From: Fimbriosthenelais zetlandica
Taxonomy: Eukaryota
Direction: 5' to 3'
NCBI GenBank assembly: GCA_977030845.1
Contig: OZ365118.1
Span: 3,782,001-3,846,000, forward strand
Length of the DNA: 64,000 nucleotides
Shown here: in pieces, positions 61,590 to 64,000 of the stretch
Numbering within the stretch: position 1 is the stretch's first letter
Layout: every line of letters starts with the position of its first letter
Notes under the pieces: model-generated
What the model was told of the DNA's origin: nothing
Databases searched by the model: none
Seen by the model: the letters and a program-made list of their open reading frames with translations, nothing else
Position numbers and translations under genes: made by a program

Positions 61590-63991
61590 ATGATAAACTG
61601 GTTGTTCAGTCGTCCAAAGAGCAACATTCCAGAACCGACTGCCTTACAAACACAGAGAGCTAAGCAAATTGACCAGCTGAAGGCCTTTAATCAGAAGTAA
61701 GTATCGCTGAACTCAGAGGGTGAGAGTGAGATCGGGACGGGGGGACAGGGGCTGTAGCCCGGGGACAGACAGTGATGACTGTCTTTAGCAAAGTTTCGTT
61801 TTCTATATGTCATTTTAACTGTATGTATAACGTCGCAATGTGGGTTTTGTTGGATATCCATTTTTACACAGCGAACGAACGAGGAAGCAAAACGAACCAT
61901 AGAATTTAATGACATACAGTAGGCGTATTTGGTGTTGTTAGATCAGATCATCTGAATGTAATTCTACTCAGTCATAATGTAAAAATAGTTTCGTCTGTCT
62001 GACCTCATACATTACACAACTCTTATTATTCTCTTGCAGCGTCTCTGAAATACACCGTGATGTAGAATATCGAGTGAACTTCATTGTCAGCGGGTCAAAT
62101 CTATCCCTTTATATGTAAGTTCATTTACTACACCCAAATCAAATACTACCCCCCACCCCCGCCAAAATAAAAATGTATAGATATCAGCTGGAGCTAAAAT
62201 ACTATATAATAATTGTATATTAATGTGGCCTCTAGTCCCCAGTTTTCTTCCTTGCTAATGAACCGTTTCAAATTCGGTTTAATGTCCTCTCTGAAGCTAT
62301 TTTAACCTAAAGCTTCTTTTTTTTTTTTTTCAGAACATTACCACCCCAGTTTCCACAAGAGCGACCCACAGTAAAAGTATCCCCGCCAGTCAGACATCCC
62401 TGGGTGAACGACCTGCAACTAGTCACCGGCTGTACAGGCTTGAACAATGTGAGTGTCAAATTATAGAATGAAATAAAATATACTACTGTATTAGTCCCAA
62501 TGGATCCACAATTAATTATTAACTTTTATATTACAGTTCGTGGTTCACTCGGATTTAGGAAAGGTCATACGATCAATAGTTGAAGAGTTCCAAAGAAACG
62601 CTCCCGTCATGCTGCCCCAACAGTCATTGTATGTATCCTGTATCTAAGATTTATATAACTTTATATTTCTCATCTAGATAGGAAGAGTTACATTTATAAA
62701 ACTTGATATTTTGGATTAATTATAATCCTCACATCTAAAATCCAAACTAATATAGCATTTTACTTGTAATTTGTTTTATACATTTTCATGTATTTTTTCT
62801 TGTAGCACACCTCGTGGCTTGCCCTACCCGGTTAACCCTAGCCACCCCACGCCGCCTACACTGACAGGCTACACGCCATATCCAGGGTTAAGTATGCCTA
62901 AACCTACATACATGGCTGGAGTAGCCATGCCAACCCTGGCGCCTTCAAGCTCCTCCTCCTCCAACATTCCACACCTCCCTACCACTGCATATCAGCCACC
63001 CACACACCAAAGTGTAAGCTCGAGTAATTTACATTTTAATTAATTAATTAATTTATTCAATTAATTTACATTTAATCTTATAATTATCTTTAAATATTTG
63101 ATGTGAATCTAATAATATTTCCCCCTACTTTAAGTCTCTTATCAGTTCGTCGGGATCAAGTTTGATCAGATCAGGGTCCCCCTATGCCAGTCCTGTCGGT
63201 TCATCTTATCAAATGCCTGAGATGCCCCACTCTATTCCCGCCATACAAGATATGAGGTAAGTTTTTTTTTCACTATTAGAATTATAGATATGTATGTTAC
63301 TTTATGGAGACAGAAGTCTAAAGTTACTCTTTTTTGCAGTGTACAAGAGCTACAAAAACTAGCGGACGACGAGGACCGGATACTGGAGATGCTCCGAGAT
63401 TTTCCCCAGATGGAAAAAATAGCTCAAGACAGACAAAGCCTGTTCAAGGAAAACGAACAACTCGCCGAGGACAATGTGGCCAAGAAACCTCTCATGGAAG
63501 AGAATAAACGTTTACTGCTAGAAAAGGTATTTGTATTTCTTATGTTGGATTTGAAATATATCTTAAGATAAAGGTTGATATCAATTAAATATATCCTGCA
63601 CATTTTAACTTTATCCCTATATCTTATCAATATTTTATCTCTTGTAGTATGACACATTGAATGACCTTCGACAGAAGTTTGATGAGAAATGTTCACAACA
63701 AGAAGTTCTGCGTGGAAAGTTTGACCCGTCTGCCTTACAAGCCAACCTCAAAGTGGCGGCCATGGGAGCCGAGGAGGAGGCCGAGAATGTGGCCGAGGGC
63801 TTCCTCGACGGTCAGTCTATATTACATATACTATTTGTTTAAGTTCTTACAAGCCAAGACAATCTGAATGATTGAAAACTTATATGGACAATATCTAAGT
63901 TTAGAAAAGCAGCGTAACTAGCAATTACTAATTTATTTCAGGGTCGATGCCAGTTGATGAATTTCTAAAGAAATACATGGATAAACGGAAG
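61590..63991 (+). CDS. VPS37A: ESCRT-I subunit VPS37A (partial; continues past the right edge)
   Basis: Exons 61590-61696 (MINWLF...LQTQRAKQI), 62040-62114 (DVEYR), 62334-62448 (LPPQFPQERP, UEV-like), 62537-62628 (HSDLGK), 62806-63013 (Pro-rich), 63135-63256, 63340-63526, 63648-63810, 63942-63991 (Mod(r) domain, GFLDGSMPVDEFLKKYMDKRK). Confidence 0.93.
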
Positions 63992-64000
63992 GTAAGATTC

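Noticed and set aside
61580-61663. Upstream ATG at 61580 as the VPS37A start
   Set aside because: That frame stops after 27 codons. The ATG at 61590 gives the conserved M..WLF N-terminus, though 61580 may act as an overlapping uORF.

Overview
Intron-rich, AT-rich eukaryotic DNA from an invertebrate bilaterian; the taxon cannot be fixed from sequence alone. Exon models were built by hand from GT-AG sites and checked for phase. In order, the window holds: (1) the last two coding exons of an EF-hand protein gene (+); (2) a complete ZDHHC2/15/20-family palmitoyltransferase (-); (3) a long VWA3B-like gene (+, about 1950 aa), head-to-head with the ZDHHC gene; (4) a triplicated ~1.07 kb block encoding an in-frame ODF2/cenexin-derived coiled coil (+); (5) a complete CAF1/CNOT7-8 deadenylase (-); (6) VPS37A (+, runs off the right edge), head-to-head with CNOT7. 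The strongest hidden signals are not in the ORF track. The first is a pair of homologous, frame-incompatible, and so probably mutually exclusive, exons encoding TM4 of the DHHC enzyme, followed by cassette exons and two alternative C-termini. The second is a young, chimeric, triplicated ODF2-derived gene fragment whose copies differ mostly by amino-acid-changing substitutions. The others are a VWA3B extended by an RS-rich exon and extra Tudor-like pairs, and a ZDHHC2-CNOT7-VPS37A linkage matching human 8p22. Hairpin and G-rich minisatellites, MITE-like elements and tRNA-derived SINE remnants fill introns and intergenic DNA.
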